Shown here in pieces: positions 31,071-41,341 of a stretch of 64,000 nucleotides of DNA; positions within the stretch are counted from its first letter, which is position 1, and each line of letters begins with the position of its first letter. The notes beneath the pieces are model-generated. The model searched no databases. It had not been told where the DNA came from and was given only the letters and a program-made list of their open reading frames with translations. A program made the position numbers and the translations under genes. Location of the stretch: the IMG/VR virus record IMGVR_UViG_2852743531_000003, positions 32,001 through 96,000 of that record; one strand, 5' to 3'. This DNA comes from a virus. Its lineage: Duplodnaviria > Caudoviricetes.

Positions 31071-34000
31071 ATGGCCGTCCTCTTCGAGACGTGGTACCGG
31101 CAGTTTGGTGTACGTCGCTCCAACCAGCTCGTCCAGCCACCGCTGCCCGGCATGGACCGCCTCATCCTTCCACGACGCAGCCTGTTTCACTATCCTGGCA
31201 CGGGCCCGCTCGATGACGGACCCGATGCGACACAGCTGGAGTTCAGGGGGATCACCCGCCCCATCCTCGTGCACCACGTGGTCAGGCAGTCCGTCAATCT
31301 GGGTAACCCGCGACCGTTACCCACGCCCGTCGCCACCCTCGCCTCACGCTTCTTCCAGAAGAAGCGCCGCTACAAGAAGCTGGTGAATTTCGAAACCGCC
31401 ACGAGGGACGACAACACGCTATGCGTTTTCAACTATGCGTTCCTGTGGCGCACGTACCGCTATGCGCGCTCGATCTACGCCGGTACCTGGCAGTGGCACA
31501 ACATCAACGAAACCCTCTGGATGCAGGTCACGGAAGTCGCCAGCCGCTCGAACCGCAACCAGTTCATACCCGTGGCGTTGCCAGCCGTCCTGCCATGTCT
31601 GACCGACCTTAAGCTCGGCGAAATGGGACAGCCGATGGGTCAAATGAGCCAGCGTCTGGTCAAGCGCTTTGCCGCCCACGAATCGCTCATGATCCTCGAG
31701 ATCTGGAAATGGCTGGGAGAAAACCGCAAGGCTTCGATGATCTCCCATGTTCCCGACGACAGGCTCAGCCGCGTAAACCTGATCCTTGAGGAAAGCGGTC
31801 GCTGGTTCGTCGTCAATCTTGGCACGCTCAACGGCTGGCGCGTAGCCACGAAGGAAGAGCTCGAAGCGAATCCCGAAGCGAACCGGCACGGGTTCGAGCC
31901 CAACCGCATCCAGCGTTATTTCCTGCGCATGCTCATGACGCTCATGGAAGTGCGCACAGCCGCCGCGCCCGAAGTCAGCGCGCAAAGCGGCGCGGCGCGG
32001 GAGCCGTCGGCCGCACCGCCCGAAGAACCCGTAAATGTGGTGGACGAAACCAGTGCCGAGGCTGGCCCCGCCGGTGCCCACTTCGGTGATCAGGTCACCC
32101 GGACCGTCCAGCAGCCGCAGCAGCTACCCGACTCGCCTGCGTTCCATGCGACGCATCCCAGGCAGGCGCACGACGATCAGGAGGACGAACGCGAAGAAGA
32201 CAACGCCAGGGTCGGGCGCGTCGCCGCCCGCCTGGCCGTTGCCCAGCATGAACCCGATGAACGCGGCGTCGACATCCACCCTGATGAGGAACTGGAGCAG
32301 CAGATCGAGGCCGACCTGCAGCAGCTCGAGCATATTGCTGGCCTCACGTTCTCCGACGAAGACACGACGGCCGGTCCGGCCGCACCAGCCGAAACAGCGG
32401 CGCCAGCTGGCCCCCTGGCACCAGAAGACGCGGTCATGAAAATCGCCGACCGTCTGGCCGCGCAGGGCATGATGAGCGCCGGCGAACACCGGCGCTACCA
32501 GACGCTCTCGCAGGCCTACAAAAAGATCGTTGCCCCGGATGGCAGGTCCACGCTCAGCGCCTTCGTCCAGATTCCGCCCGGGGACGTCCATATTGCCGAA
32601 TCCCCCGCGATTACCGACATCCCCACGGTGCTCGACAAGACGATGCTCAGGTCGTCACTGCTCACCTTCGATCCGAAGTACATCAGGACCGTGATGCAGA
32701 AGGACATCGCCGGCATGGTCCTGAACCTCCAGCACGCGGGGCTGTGTGTCACCGGCTATGACGTCGAGGATGTCGACGACGTCATGGGCGCATACCGGAT
32801 CCATACCGCACGCGTGGTGCCTATCGAAGGTGCAGCTTCCACCCTTCGCTTCCGGCTGCCCGTCGTCGACGAGGACGGTACCTTCACCAGCAACGGCGTG
32901 AAATACCGCATGCGCAAGCAGAAGGGGGACCTGCCCATCCGCAAGATCGCGCCGGGGCGCGTGGCGCTCACGAGCTATTACGGCAAGGTGTTCGTCTCAC
33001 GCTCGACGAAACGGGTCAACGACTATGCTACGTGGCTCACCAACGCCATCATGGCAGCCGGGCTCGATCCGCACGCCGGTCTGGTTACGCAGATGCATAC
33101 GGCGCCGGTGTTCGACAACCTCTTCGCGTGCCCACGCCTCTACAGCACGCTGGCCACGTCGTTCAGAAGTTTCCAGCTTGCTGGCTTCGAGTGGAACTTC
33201 GATCACACACGGCGCGAGACCCTCTATGGCACCGATACCCTGAGGCGCTACGAGCAACATGGTGAGCATGAAGGCGCCATCGTCTGCGGACAGTCGCTCA
33301 CCGACCCGGCCGCGCTGGCTGTCATGGACCAGCATGGCGCGCTGCGCGAAGTGCGAGAGGGCAAGGAACAGCCGCTGCCCACCTTCGAAGCGATGCTGCA
33401 GCTCGATGCCACAAAAGCGCCAGTCGATTTCGCCGAAGTGATGGTGCTCGGGCGCGCTATTCCGCTTGGTCTCGTGCTCGGCTACGAGATGGGGCTGGAG
33501 CCCCTCATGAAGCTGCTGCGCGTCACGCCGCGGCGCGTGCCCGCTGGCCAGCGTGTGAGCCTGCAGCCCGAAGAATATGCCCTGGTGTTCGCGGACGAAA
33601 CGCTCGTCTTTCCGAAGGCTAACACCTTCGCCTCGATGGTGCTCGCGGGCTTTAACGAATACCACCGCAGCATCCGCACCTTCAACGTTCACGAATTCGA
33701 CCGCCGCGGCGTCTACCTGAATGTGCTCGAGTCCGGCGGACAGTCGCAACGCTACCTGCGCGAGATCGACCTGCAGTACCAGCTCTTTGTCGACCCGATT
33801 ACGCGCGAGCTGCTCGTCGACATGAAGGAGCCCACGGACTATCAGGGACTGCTGCTGCGCGCCTGCGCGATGCTGCTCGCCGACCACCACCCCGACGAAC
33901 TCGATTCGGCCTGGATGCGCATCAAGGGCTACGAGCGCATGGCCGGTGCGGTCTATTCGGAAATCGTGCGCTCGATCCGGGTGCATCACGGCCGGCCCGG

Positions 34001-35498
34001 GAGAAACCGTCTGCCCATCGACCTGAATCCGTTCCAGGTCTGGAAGAACGTGACGCAGGATCCCGCCAAGCTCCAGATCTCGGAAATCAACCCGATCCAG
34101 AACATCAAGGAGATGGAAGCCGTTACCTATTCGGGTGTCGGCGGACGTGGCGCGCGCAGCATGGTCAAGCACACGCGAGCCTATCACCGCAACGACATGG
34201 GCACGATCTCCGAGGCAACGACGGACTCAAGCGATGTCGGTGTCAATACGTACACGAGTGCGGATCCCCAGTTCACGTCGCTGCGTGGCATCTCGCGCCG
34301 CTACGAGACAGGCAGGACCGGTGCCACCGCCCTTTTCTCGACGTCGGCGTTGCTTGCGCCGGCCGCCGACCGCGACGACCCCAAGCGGGTGAACTTCATC
34401 AGCATCCAGGGCAGCCACAAGATCGCCTGCCGGGGCTATCACCAGCCCGCGCTGCGCACTGGCTACGAGCAGGTGATCGCCCACCGGACCGGCGATATGT
34501 TCGCCGTGACGGCGAAAAAACCCGGCCGCGTGATCTCGGTCGGCCCCGAGGGGATGAAGGTCCAGTACGAGGACGGTGAAACCCAGGGCATCGAGCTCGG
34601 GCGGCGTTTTGGCAACGCGGCGGGTCTCGTTGTTCCCCACCAGATCAGGACGCAGATGCGCGCGGGCCAGACGTTCAGTCCTGGCGACGTAATCGCCTGG
34701 AACGAGGGTTTCTTCGAGCCAGACATCCTCAACCCCGCGAACGTCGTCATGAAAACCGGCGTCTCCATCAAGACGGTTTTCATGGAGAACCCGATGACGC
34801 TGGAAGACTCATCCGTCATCTCGAAGGAAACCGCGGCGCTCCTGATGACGAAGCAGACCCGGGTAAGAACCATCGTCATCAATTTCGACCAGGAGGTCCA
34901 CAAGCTGCGCAAGGTGGGAGACGAGGTTGGGTCCGACGATATTTTATGCGTCATTGAAGACGCTGTAACGGCTGGCAATCGCCTTTTTGATGAGGCATCG
35001 CTCGACACGCTACGCGTGCTGAGTGCGCAGACACCCCAGGCCAAGGCAAAGGGCGTCATTGAGCGCGTGGATGTGTTCTATCACGGTGAGGTCGAGGACA
35101 TGTCGCCGACGCTCGCGAAGATCGTGGCGACAACGGACGCGCAGATGATTCGCCGCGCGCGTGCAACCGGAAGGAAGGCCTTCACGGGAAGCGTTGACGA
35201 GGCGTTCCGGGTCGAGGGCAATCCGCTACAGCTAGACACAGCCGCGATCCAGATCTATATCACCTCGGATGTGCCGGCGGGCGTGGGCGACAAGGGCGTG
35301 TTCGGCAACCAGCTCAAGACCGTCTTCGGCGAGGTGATGGAGCGCGACATGTTCACCGAATCGGGTGTGAAGATCGGCGCCGTGTTTGGCGCCAAGTCGG
35401 TGGCCGACCGGATCGTCTCCTCACCCGAGCTCATTGGGACCACCACCACGGTACTCGACGTGATCGCGATGGCAGCGGTCGACCTGTATAGATCGTGA
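31071..35498 (+). CDS. virion RNA polymerase beta subunit, large piece (phiKZ gp178-like)
   Basis: 1475 aa. RpoB-like motifs DGTFTSNG, ISEATTDSSDVG, DDPKRVNFISIQ, TLEDSSVIS and GVGDKGVFGNQLKT. Confidence 0.9.
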   Translation: MAVLFETWYRQFGVRRSNQLVQPPLPGMDRLILPRRSLFHYPGTGPLDDGPDATQLEFRGITRPILVHHVVRQSVNLGNPRPLPTPVATLASRFFQKKRRYKKLVNFETATRDDNTLCVFNYAFLWRTYRYARSIYAGTWQWHNINETLWMQVTEVASRSNRNQFIPVALPAVLPCLTDLKLGEMGQPMGQMSQRLVKRFAAHESLMILEIWKWLGENRKASMISHVPDDRLSRVNLILEESGRWFVVNLGTLNGWRVATKEELEANPEANRHGFEPNRIQRYFLRMLMTLMEVRTAAAPEVSAQSGAAREPSAAPPEEPVNVVDETSAEAGPAGAHFGDQVTRTVQQPQQLPDSPAFHATHPRQAHDDQEDEREEDNARVGRVAARLAVAQHEPDERGVDIHPDEELEQQIEADLQQLEHIAGLTFSDEDTTAGPAAPAETAAPAGPLAPEDAVMKIADRLAAQGMMSAGEHRRYQTLSQAYKKIVAPDGRSTLSAFVQIPPGDVHIAESPAITDIPTVLDKTMLRSSLLTFDPKYIRTVMQKDIAGMVLNLQHAGLCVTGYDVEDVDDVMGAYRIHTARVVPIEGAASTLRFRLPVVDEDGTFTSNGVKYRMRKQKGDLPIRKIAPGRVALTSYYGKVFVSRSTKRVNDYATWLTNAIMAAGLDPHAGLVTQMHTAPVFDNLFACPRLYSTLATSFRSFQLAGFEWNFDHTRRETLYGTDTLRRYEQHGEHEGAIVCGQSLTDPAALAVMDQHGALREVREGKEQPLPTFEAMLQLDATKAPVDFAEVMVLGRAIPLGLVLGYEMGLEPLMKLLRVTPRRVPAGQRVSLQPEEYALVFADETLVFPKANTFASMVLAGFNEYHRSIRTFNVHEFDRRGVYLNVLESGGQSQRYLREIDLQYQLFVDPITRELLVDMKEPTDYQGLLLRACAMLLADHHPDELDSAWMRIKGYERMAGAVYSEIVRSIRVHHGRPGRNRLPIDLNPFQVWKNVTQDPAKLQISEINPIQNIKEMEAVTYSGVGGRGARSMVKHTRAYHRNDMGTISEATTDSSDVGVNTYTSADPQFTSLRGISRRYETGRTGATALFSTSALLAPAADRDDPKRVNFISIQGSHKIACRGYHQPALRTGYEQVIAHRTGDMFAVTAKKPGRVISVGPEGMKVQYEDGETQGIELGRRFGNAAGLVVPHQIRTQMRAGQTFSPGDVIAWNEGFFEPDILNPANVVMKTGVSIKTVFMENPMTLEDSSVISKETAALLMTKQTRVRTIVINFDQEVHKLRKVGDEVGSDDILCVIEDAVTAGNRLFDEASLDTLRVLSAQTPQAKAKGVIERVDVFYHGEVEDMSPTLAKIVATTDAQMIRRARATGRKAFTGSVDEAFRVEGNPLQLDTAAIQIYITSDVPAGVGDKGVFGNQLKTVFGEVMERDMFTESGVKIGAVFGAKSVADRIVSSPELIGTTTTVLDVIAMAAVDLYRS

Positions 35499-35517
35499 TG
35501 TCCCGGAGGGATGGACC

Positions 35518-35706
35518 ATGAAATCGCGGGAATCGGAAAAGACGCTCGTCACGCTCGCCAATGCCACGACGCTCGTGCGCTGCATCGTCCAGGGCGTAGT
35601 GGGCAACGATCTGGCCGACACCTTCGCCGGCGCGCCGCTGACGAACGACGTCATCGACCAGCTGGCCCAGGCCCGCTTTCAGGCGGCCGTTCAGCAATAC
35701 CTGTAG
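35518..35706 (+). CDS. small hypothetical protein
   Basis: 62 aa, fills the gap between two co-directional genes. GGAGG upstream. Confidence 0.45.
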   Translation: MKSRESEKTLVTLANATTLVRCIVQGVVGNDLADTFAGAPLTNDVIDQLAQARFQAAVQQYL

Positions 35707-35721
35707 AAGGGTCTCGCCATC

Positions 35722-37158
35722 ATGCTCAATGAACGCACCCTGCTCGCATCGCTCGCGCTGACCGAGCGGCTGGACGCGGCCGGCTTCGCTCTCCACCCGG
35801 TCGCGGGCACACCGCTCGCCGCCATGTGCGCGGCGACCACCTACGATACGGGACTCGCCCAGGTGCCGGACGGCAATTTCCAGACATATGCCACCCAGCT
35901 TGCGCAGAGAACCAGTCAGATCGATCCGCTCATGGACTGCTCCGAGCACGACGCGGTGCTCGATTCGATTGCGAACACCGCGATCGACGCAGTCAGGCGT
36001 CACGTCGCCTTTGCGCGCTCGGTCGTCGCACCCACAATCCAGAATCTCTACGAGCGCGTCAGGAACTCCGTCGAGAACCTGAGCGTCTCCTCCCTGCTCG
36101 GTCTTGAGGTGGAAGTCTGGCGCGAGCCAAAACCGGTGTTCAATACAGCGCTGCAAAGCGAGCTGCGCAAACTCGAAGACATCGCGCTCGATGATCCTCC
36201 CCTTTCCATGCGCATGCCCGACCTCACGATTGCGGAACTGATGGAGCTCATCAAGACCGGCAATGGCGGGCTTGACGCGGATATTGCCGAATGGGTCGCG
36301 ACCATTGGTGACGAGTTCTTCATGCAGGTCTGGCGCGACTTCTTCCAGCAGCACATGCCCGAAGATGGCGAGCGCAATCGCACCTTCACCGAGCGGGTGA
36401 CCGATCGTTTTACCGGCATGCCCGTCGCGCTCGCTGTCTACCTCCTTGCCCGCAAGCTACTCGACGAGAAGCCGCCTGAAGGTGTAGAGATGCCGCTGGC
36501 CAATTATCGTGCGCAGCTCGCCGGGTTCCGCAACCAGGCCGGCGGGGCGCTCACACGTGCGCTCGAGCGCATCGAGCGCGCGCTGAAAAATGGCCTTCTT
36601 GTCCGCGAGATCGCGGGCAGCAAGACCGTCGTCTACGAACCGGTCTACCGCGACTATCTGGAAAAAGGCGGCAGCAACGAAATGCTTTTCGCCAACGCCC
36701 TCTCGCGCCCTTTCATGATGTCCACCACCGATCTGCTCGAACACAAGAATGCACTCGCGAGCCGCTGGGCTACCCACAGCGCGCTGATCAGCACGGCAGA
36801 GTCCAACCAGCGTTACAACAAGGTCATCGAACTGCTGGAGCTGCATTTCCGTTCACAACTGAACGAAGCGACCGAAGGCGAAGACACCACGGCGCAGAAC
36901 CGCGACACGGTGCTCAAGCTTTTTCGCGACTGCCTGAAGCACGTCACGGAGAGCGATCTGAACGACCTGTACGCCGTATGCCTGAAGCTCGTGTGCCGGG
37001 CGAGGTTCTACACCACCGACGCCGAGCGCATCCTGACCGGCATGGAGCTTGCGAGGGCGCGCAATCCCTCACTCTCGCCGCGCGAAGCCGCCACGGCCAG
37101 TATCGTCGACTACATCGCCTGGTGGGTCGCCACGCAGATGCGGCTTGCGAGCTGTTAG
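35722..37158 (+). CDS. conserved jumbo-phage protein (phiKZ gp177-like)
   Basis: 478 aa helical protein downstream of the gp178-like gene. Assignment rests on synteny. Confidence 0.65.
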   Translation: MLNERTLLASLALTERLDAAGFALHPVAGTPLAAMCAATTYDTGLAQVPDGNFQTYATQLAQRTSQIDPLMDCSEHDAVLDSIANTAIDAVRRHVAFARSVVAPTIQNLYERVRNSVENLSVSSLLGLEVEVWREPKPVFNTALQSELRKLEDIALDDPPLSMRMPDLTIAELMELIKTGNGGLDADIAEWVATIGDEFFMQVWRDFFQQHMPEDGERNRTFTERVTDRFTGMPVALAVYLLARKLLDEKPPEGVEMPLANYRAQLAGFRNQAGGALTRALERIERALKNGLLVREIAGSKTVVYEPVYRDYLEKGGSNEMLFANALSRPFMMSTTDLLEHKNALASRWATHSALISTAESNQRYNKVIELLELHFRSQLNEATEGEDTTAQNRDTVLKLFRDCLKHVTESDLNDLYAVCLKLVCRARFYTTDAERILTGMELARARNPSLSPREAATASIVDYIAWWVATQMRLASC

Positions 37159-37463
37159 CTCCGGAGCCGGTTACACGCATTTTCAGGCCGATCGCGACTT
37201 CGGCTATTACGCGCAGCTAACCGCCGAAAAGATCACGATTAAGGACTTCGCCGGGCATCAGTTCTGGGAGGGAGGTGGGAATTGCCGCTCGGCCCTGCCA
37301 ACGAGGCGCTGGATTACCGTGTGCATCGCTACGTAGCCCGGTGCGGAACTGCATTATCGTTTGCGGCTCACCGTCTACACCGAACGTGCGGCGCCTCCCT
37401 ATGTTGAGGCGGTTGCAGGTTCGCAGCTAGCAGCGCCCCACGCTCACTTGTATTGCTGTTCGC

Positions 37464-37919
37464 TTAATTGTTTGGCAAGACTATCCACGTCAATCCGCCT
37501 TCCTGCGATTCGACAATTTTCGCGTTGTAGTTTGGAGTGATCACACGTGGGCGAGATTTGACGATGTCAGCAACTTTCCTGACTATCGGTTCATCCGCTT
37601 CGGACCAATCTAGTGCTGCGATGTCAGTGCCACTACCGGACAAAACAACCCGCTTCTCGCACTTGTACACTGCTGTAGGGATTCCTTCTGGAGCGCACTC
37701 GAGCAATATCACGCGCTCCGCATTGCGCAGTTCATCTAGGGTAGCTTTCCGTACAAGTACGCTGTAATCAAACGGGACGCCGTTGACGTCCAACGTGCAA
37801 ACAAATTTTGCGTCTCCTTCTATCCTGGTTGGATTTACCTCAATTAGCCAGCGGCCACAATCTGATTGAAGAAATGCCGCCAGTATCTCGTCCGCGTTAC
37901 TTTGTTTCACCTTTACCAC
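37464..37919 (-). CDS. hypothetical protein (low-GC insertion)
   Basis: 151 aa, GTG start with AGGAGG RBS. Opposite strand to its neighbours and more AT-rich. Confidence 0.65.
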   Translation of the reverse strand: MVKVKQSNADEILAAFLQSDCGRWLIEVNPTRIEGDAKFVCTLDVNGVPFDYSVLVRKATLDELRNAERVILLECAPEGIPTAVYKCEKRVVLSGSGTDIAALDWSEADEPIVRKVADIVKSRPRVITPNYNAKIVESQEGGLTWIVLPNN

Positions 37920-38209
37920 ACTAGCCTCCTAATCTCAGCAGCAAACACTCGTGGCCGATAGAACTACCGGCGTGACTTTAGCATCCCCGGCCCAGTAACA
38001 CCGTGTTGTCCCTCCTTCTCGATATTGGACGGGATAACCCGAGCTCAACTGGAGGCCTCCCGCGCGGCGGTGCAAGCAAGTGTGTATCCGGGTCGGCATC
38101 AGTCCATCAACCCGCGAAATTCCTGTATTGCAGCGCAACTGCGGCAGCTGACATCAAACCGGAATGCAGACTCACTCTTTTTATATCGCGACAGCTCGCA
38201 GAGGGTGCG

Positions 38210-38935
38210 ATGGACCCGAAACACCTGGTACGCGACCCCGAGCGGGTCAGGAACGCCCTCGTGGAAACACCGGACGGCAAACTGGTGGCCCGGGATACCG
38301 TCAGGATCTACATCCCGGCCCGATTTGCGGAGCGGGGACTCGCCGAGGTTGGTATTGAAACATTCATCTACGGCGTCTATGCCATCACGGTCGAAGACAG
38401 CTACTACGGCGTCTCGCTCGTGAACGCCATGATCCGCATCGAGCCGACTTCCATGATGAAGATGCTCATCGGTGAGGACGAATACTACGAGTTTGAATTT
38501 GAGAAAGGCGCGGTCATCACGCCCTCGCTGAACCTGGTCAAGAACGATGCACTCGTCTACCGGATTTTCAACGAGATGCTCGCCGGTGCCCATGTGCCCT
38601 GGTACATCGGCTATAACGAAATGGCGTGCCTGCTCGACAGCGCGAAGTATCACGCCGGCGCCAATGTCGGTCGAAACCACGACATCACGGAGCTGCTTGT
38701 GTCGATCGTCTCGCGCAATCCGCACGATCGCCACGAGTTCTATCGTACGGTGGTGAAGGGGCAGCACGACCTGCTAGCCAACCCACCCGTTTTCATCCCC
38801 CTGCGTTCGATTGAATTCGCGGCCACCAGTGCGCTGAACAAGGTCGCGGGCAGCTATTTCAGCCGCGGCGTCGTCAGCGCGCTCGTGAGTCCCAGTACAC
38901 GCGTCGAGCGGCTCAATGACATTCTCGCCCGATAG
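38210..38935 (+). CDS. conserved jumbo-phage protein (phiKZ gp176-like)
   Basis: LVRDPERV...IYIPARF...HVPWYIGYNE...LNKVAGSYF. Synteny with the gp177- and gp175-like genes. Confidence 0.65.
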   Translation: MDPKHLVRDPERVRNALVETPDGKLVARDTVRIYIPARFAERGLAEVGIETFIYGVYAITVEDSYYGVSLVNAMIRIEPTSMMKMLIGEDEYYEFEFEKGAVITPSLNLVKNDALVYRIFNEMLAGAHVPWYIGYNEMACLLDSAKYHAGANVGRNHDITELLVSIVSRNPHDRHEFYRTVVKGQHDLLANPPVFIPLRSIEFAATSALNKVAGSYFSRGVVSALVSPSTRVERLNDILAR

Positions 38936-38940
38936 CCGCC

Positions 38941-39618
38941 TTATGCTTCCAGGGTTGCTCGTGTGAAAGCTTCCACGTTGTCGATCAGTTGATCCAGCCC
39001 AGCGCGCGAGGCCTCGATGTCGCCTGTGCTGATGGCGGACGCAATCACGGCATGCAGACGCGCGGTCTCCCCGAGATTCGCAAAGCGCTCGTAATGCGCG
39101 TACCAGAAGCGCCGCGAGAGCCCCTGCATCAGCTTCATCGTCGACGTCGCGTATTCGTTGTTGCCGCTTTCAAGCAGCATCCTGTTGAACTGGCGATCCA
39201 GCGACAAAAACTCCGTGCCGTTGTTGGACTTTCCCGCCGCCGCCATCAGATCGGCGATCAGTGCGAACCGGGCTTTCTGCGAAGGTGTTGCGTTTCTTGC
39301 CGCAGCGCCGACGAGCAGTCGCTCGACTTCACGGCGTACCTCAAGCAATCGCAACTGCTTGCGAACGTCGAGCTCGGAAACCATGATGCCGAGCTTTGGC
39401 ATGATCACGACCAGCCCTTCGCGCGATAACTGCTGCAGGGCTTCACGAACGGGTGTGCGACCCAAACCCAGGAGTTTGGACAGACTGTTCTCCGACACAA
39501 TCTGTCCAGGCCGCAAGGCGAGCGTGGCAATCCGCTCCTCGATCTGGGCATATGCCTGATCGGCAAGACTCTGCTCTTCCAGTGAATCGGGAGAAGGCAG
39601 CGGATTGGGTCCATTCAT
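38941..39618 (-). CDS. GntR/FadR-family transcriptional regulator
   Basis: LADQAYAQIEERI...LRPGQ...LGLGRTPVREALQQL winged HTH plus FCD domain. Start MNGP at 39618. Confidence 0.9.
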   Translation of the reverse strand: MNGPNPLPSPDSLEEQSLADQAYAQIEERIATLALRPGQIVSENSLSKLLGLGRTPVREALQQLSREGLVVIMPKLGIMVSELDVRKQLRLLEVRREVERLLVGAAARNATPSQKARFALIADLMAAAGKSNNGTEFLSLDRQFNRMLLESGNNEYATSTMKLMQGLSRRFWYAHYERFANLGETARLHAVIASAISTGDIEASRAGLDQLIDNVEAFTRATLEA

Positions 39619-39634
39619 AGCTACATCCAGTAAG

Positions 39635-41332
39635 TTATCGGCGGCTGCCGGGCACCTCGCGCTCCCCCAGCACCGCGCCCTTTGAAAGCGGTTGTACCAG
39701 TTGCCGGTACATGGCAAGCCAGCCCTTTTCCTGGGTCGGCGGCAGCGGCGGCAGTGCAGCCATTCTTTCCCTGAGCACGGCGTCCGACAGTTCGAGGTCA
39801 ATCGTCTTGCGGTTCAGGTCGATCACAATCGTATCGCCGTTCTGTATTGCGGCAAGCGGGCCACCTTCGGCCGCCTCTGGCATCACCTGCCCGATCGTGA
39901 TGCCGCTGTTCAGGCCGGAGAGTTCACCATCGGTCACGACCGCAACGGACTCGCCCAGTCCCGCGCCCACGAGCGCTGCCATGAAACTCGCGGCAAATAC
40001 GGTGCCGGGTCCCCCCTTCGGGCCAAGCATACGCAGTACCACGACTGAACCGCGCTCGATTTTACCCTGCTCGATCGCATTAATCGCATCGTTCTCGTTT
40101 TCGTACACGGCCGCCGGGCCGATGAAACGCCGCACGCTCGCGGGCACCGCGGACAGCTTGACGATCGCCCCGTCGGGGGCCACATTGCCGCGAATGATGA
40201 CGAGGCCGGGCTCCGGGCGCATCGGTTGCGCCAGCGGCGCAATCACGCGTTCGTCCGGCGCGGGCTGCCCGGCCAGATTGTCGGCGAGGGTCCTTCCCGT
40301 CACGGTCAGCACCGACGTATCGAGCACGCTCGCAAGCTGCTTCATCGCACCCGCGCAGCCGCCGGCGGCCGCGAAGTCCTCGATGCGGTCCGGCCCGTTC
40401 GGGCGCACCTTCGTGATCTGCGGGACCAGGTGCGCGGCGAGTTCGAATTCGCGGATGATGTCGACATCGCACTCCGACTCGATCGCCGCGGCGATCAGGT
40501 GACGCATCACATTGACCGACGCGCCGATCGCCACTGCCACTCGCACCGCGTTGCGGAACGCGGCCGCCGTCATGATCTGCCGGGGCCGAAGATCCTGTTC
40601 GACCAGGGCCATGATCGCCTTGCCGGCGCTCGCAGCATACCCGTTGAGCTCGTCGCTGCCCGCGCGGATGGGCGCATTGCCGGTCAGCGCCATACCCAGT
40701 GCCTCGGCCATGCAGTGCATCGAGTTTGCCGTCGCGAGTCCCGCGCATACCCCCGGCCCCTTGATCGCATGACAGGTCATGTCGGTCAGTTTCTCGAGCG
40801 TGATCGTACGGGCCTTGTATGCGCCCACCGATTTATAGACTTCCTCGATATCAACGTGGTGGTCGCCGCACTGCGAGCCCAGCTGGAAGCCGCACGTCAC
40901 GATCAGCGACGGTACGTTGAGCCGGCCGGCCGCCATCAGCTGTGCCGGCGTGGTCTTGTCGCACGACGCAAGCAGCACCATGCCGTCGAGCTCGGCACCT
41001 TCAACCTGCACCTCGACGTCGTTGACGAGCAGATCGCGGGTCGGCATCAGGTAGCGGCCCTGCTTGCCCGCGCTGGTCACGAAATCGGACGGGGCAACCG
41101 TGCGGATTTCAAGCGGCACGCCGCCTGCGGCACGCACGGCGTCCTGCACGACCTGGGACACGCCGTCGAGATGCTGATAGCAGACCGACAGCTTGCTCGA
41201 CGAGTTCACGATCGCGATCTTCGGCTTTTCGAAATCCTCTTCGGACAGACCCATCGCGAGCCATTGCGCACGGCGCACGGCCCAGCGCGTGGTTCCAGGC
41301 GTAAAGCTGCTGCGGAGTTTCGGCTTGTTCAT
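39635..41332 (-). CDS. IlvD/Edd-family dihydroxy-acid / sugar-acid dehydratase
   Basis: KPKIAIVNS, SCDKTTPA, GPGVCAGLATANSM, GPKGGPG, TDGELSG and PEAAEGGP. Confidence 0.9.
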   Translation of the reverse strand: MNKPKLRSSFTPGTTRWAVRRAQWLAMGLSEEDFEKPKIAIVNSSSKLSVCYQHLDGVSQVVQDAVRAAGGVPLEIRTVAPSDFVTSAGKQGRYLMPTRDLLVNDVEVQVEGAELDGMVLLASCDKTTPAQLMAAGRLNVPSLIVTCGFQLGSQCGDHHVDIEEVYKSVGAYKARTITLEKLTDMTCHAIKGPGVCAGLATANSMHCMAEALGMALTGNAPIRAGSDELNGYAASAGKAIMALVEQDLRPRQIMTAAAFRNAVRVAVAIGASVNVMRHLIAAAIESECDVDIIREFELAAHLVPQITKVRPNGPDRIEDFAAAGGCAGAMKQLASVLDTSVLTVTGRTLADNLAGQPAPDERVIAPLAQPMRPEPGLVIIRGNVAPDGAIVKLSAVPASVRRFIGPAAVYENENDAINAIEQGKIERGSVVVLRMLGPKGGPGTVFAASFMAALVGAGLGESVAVVTDGELSGLNSGITIGQVMPEAAEGGPLAAIQNGDTIVIDLNRKTIDLELSDAVLRERMAALPPLPPTQEKGWLAMYRQLVQPLSKGAVLGEREVPGSRR

Positions 41333-41341
41333 TGATGTTCC

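Noticed and set aside
31950-32420. Acidic Pro/Ala-rich segment in RNAP beta as an intein or intron
   Set aside because: No intein terminal motifs or homing endonuclease, and the frame stays open. It looks like a disordered linker.
29387-35498. Calling these genes host rpoC/rpoB
   Set aside because: Split, highly divergent subunits in phage synteny with no ribosomal protein neighbours.
39635-41332. Calling the dehydratase housekeeping ilvD
   Set aside because: Divergent motifs and the GntR/MFS/oxidoreductase context indicate a catabolic paralog.
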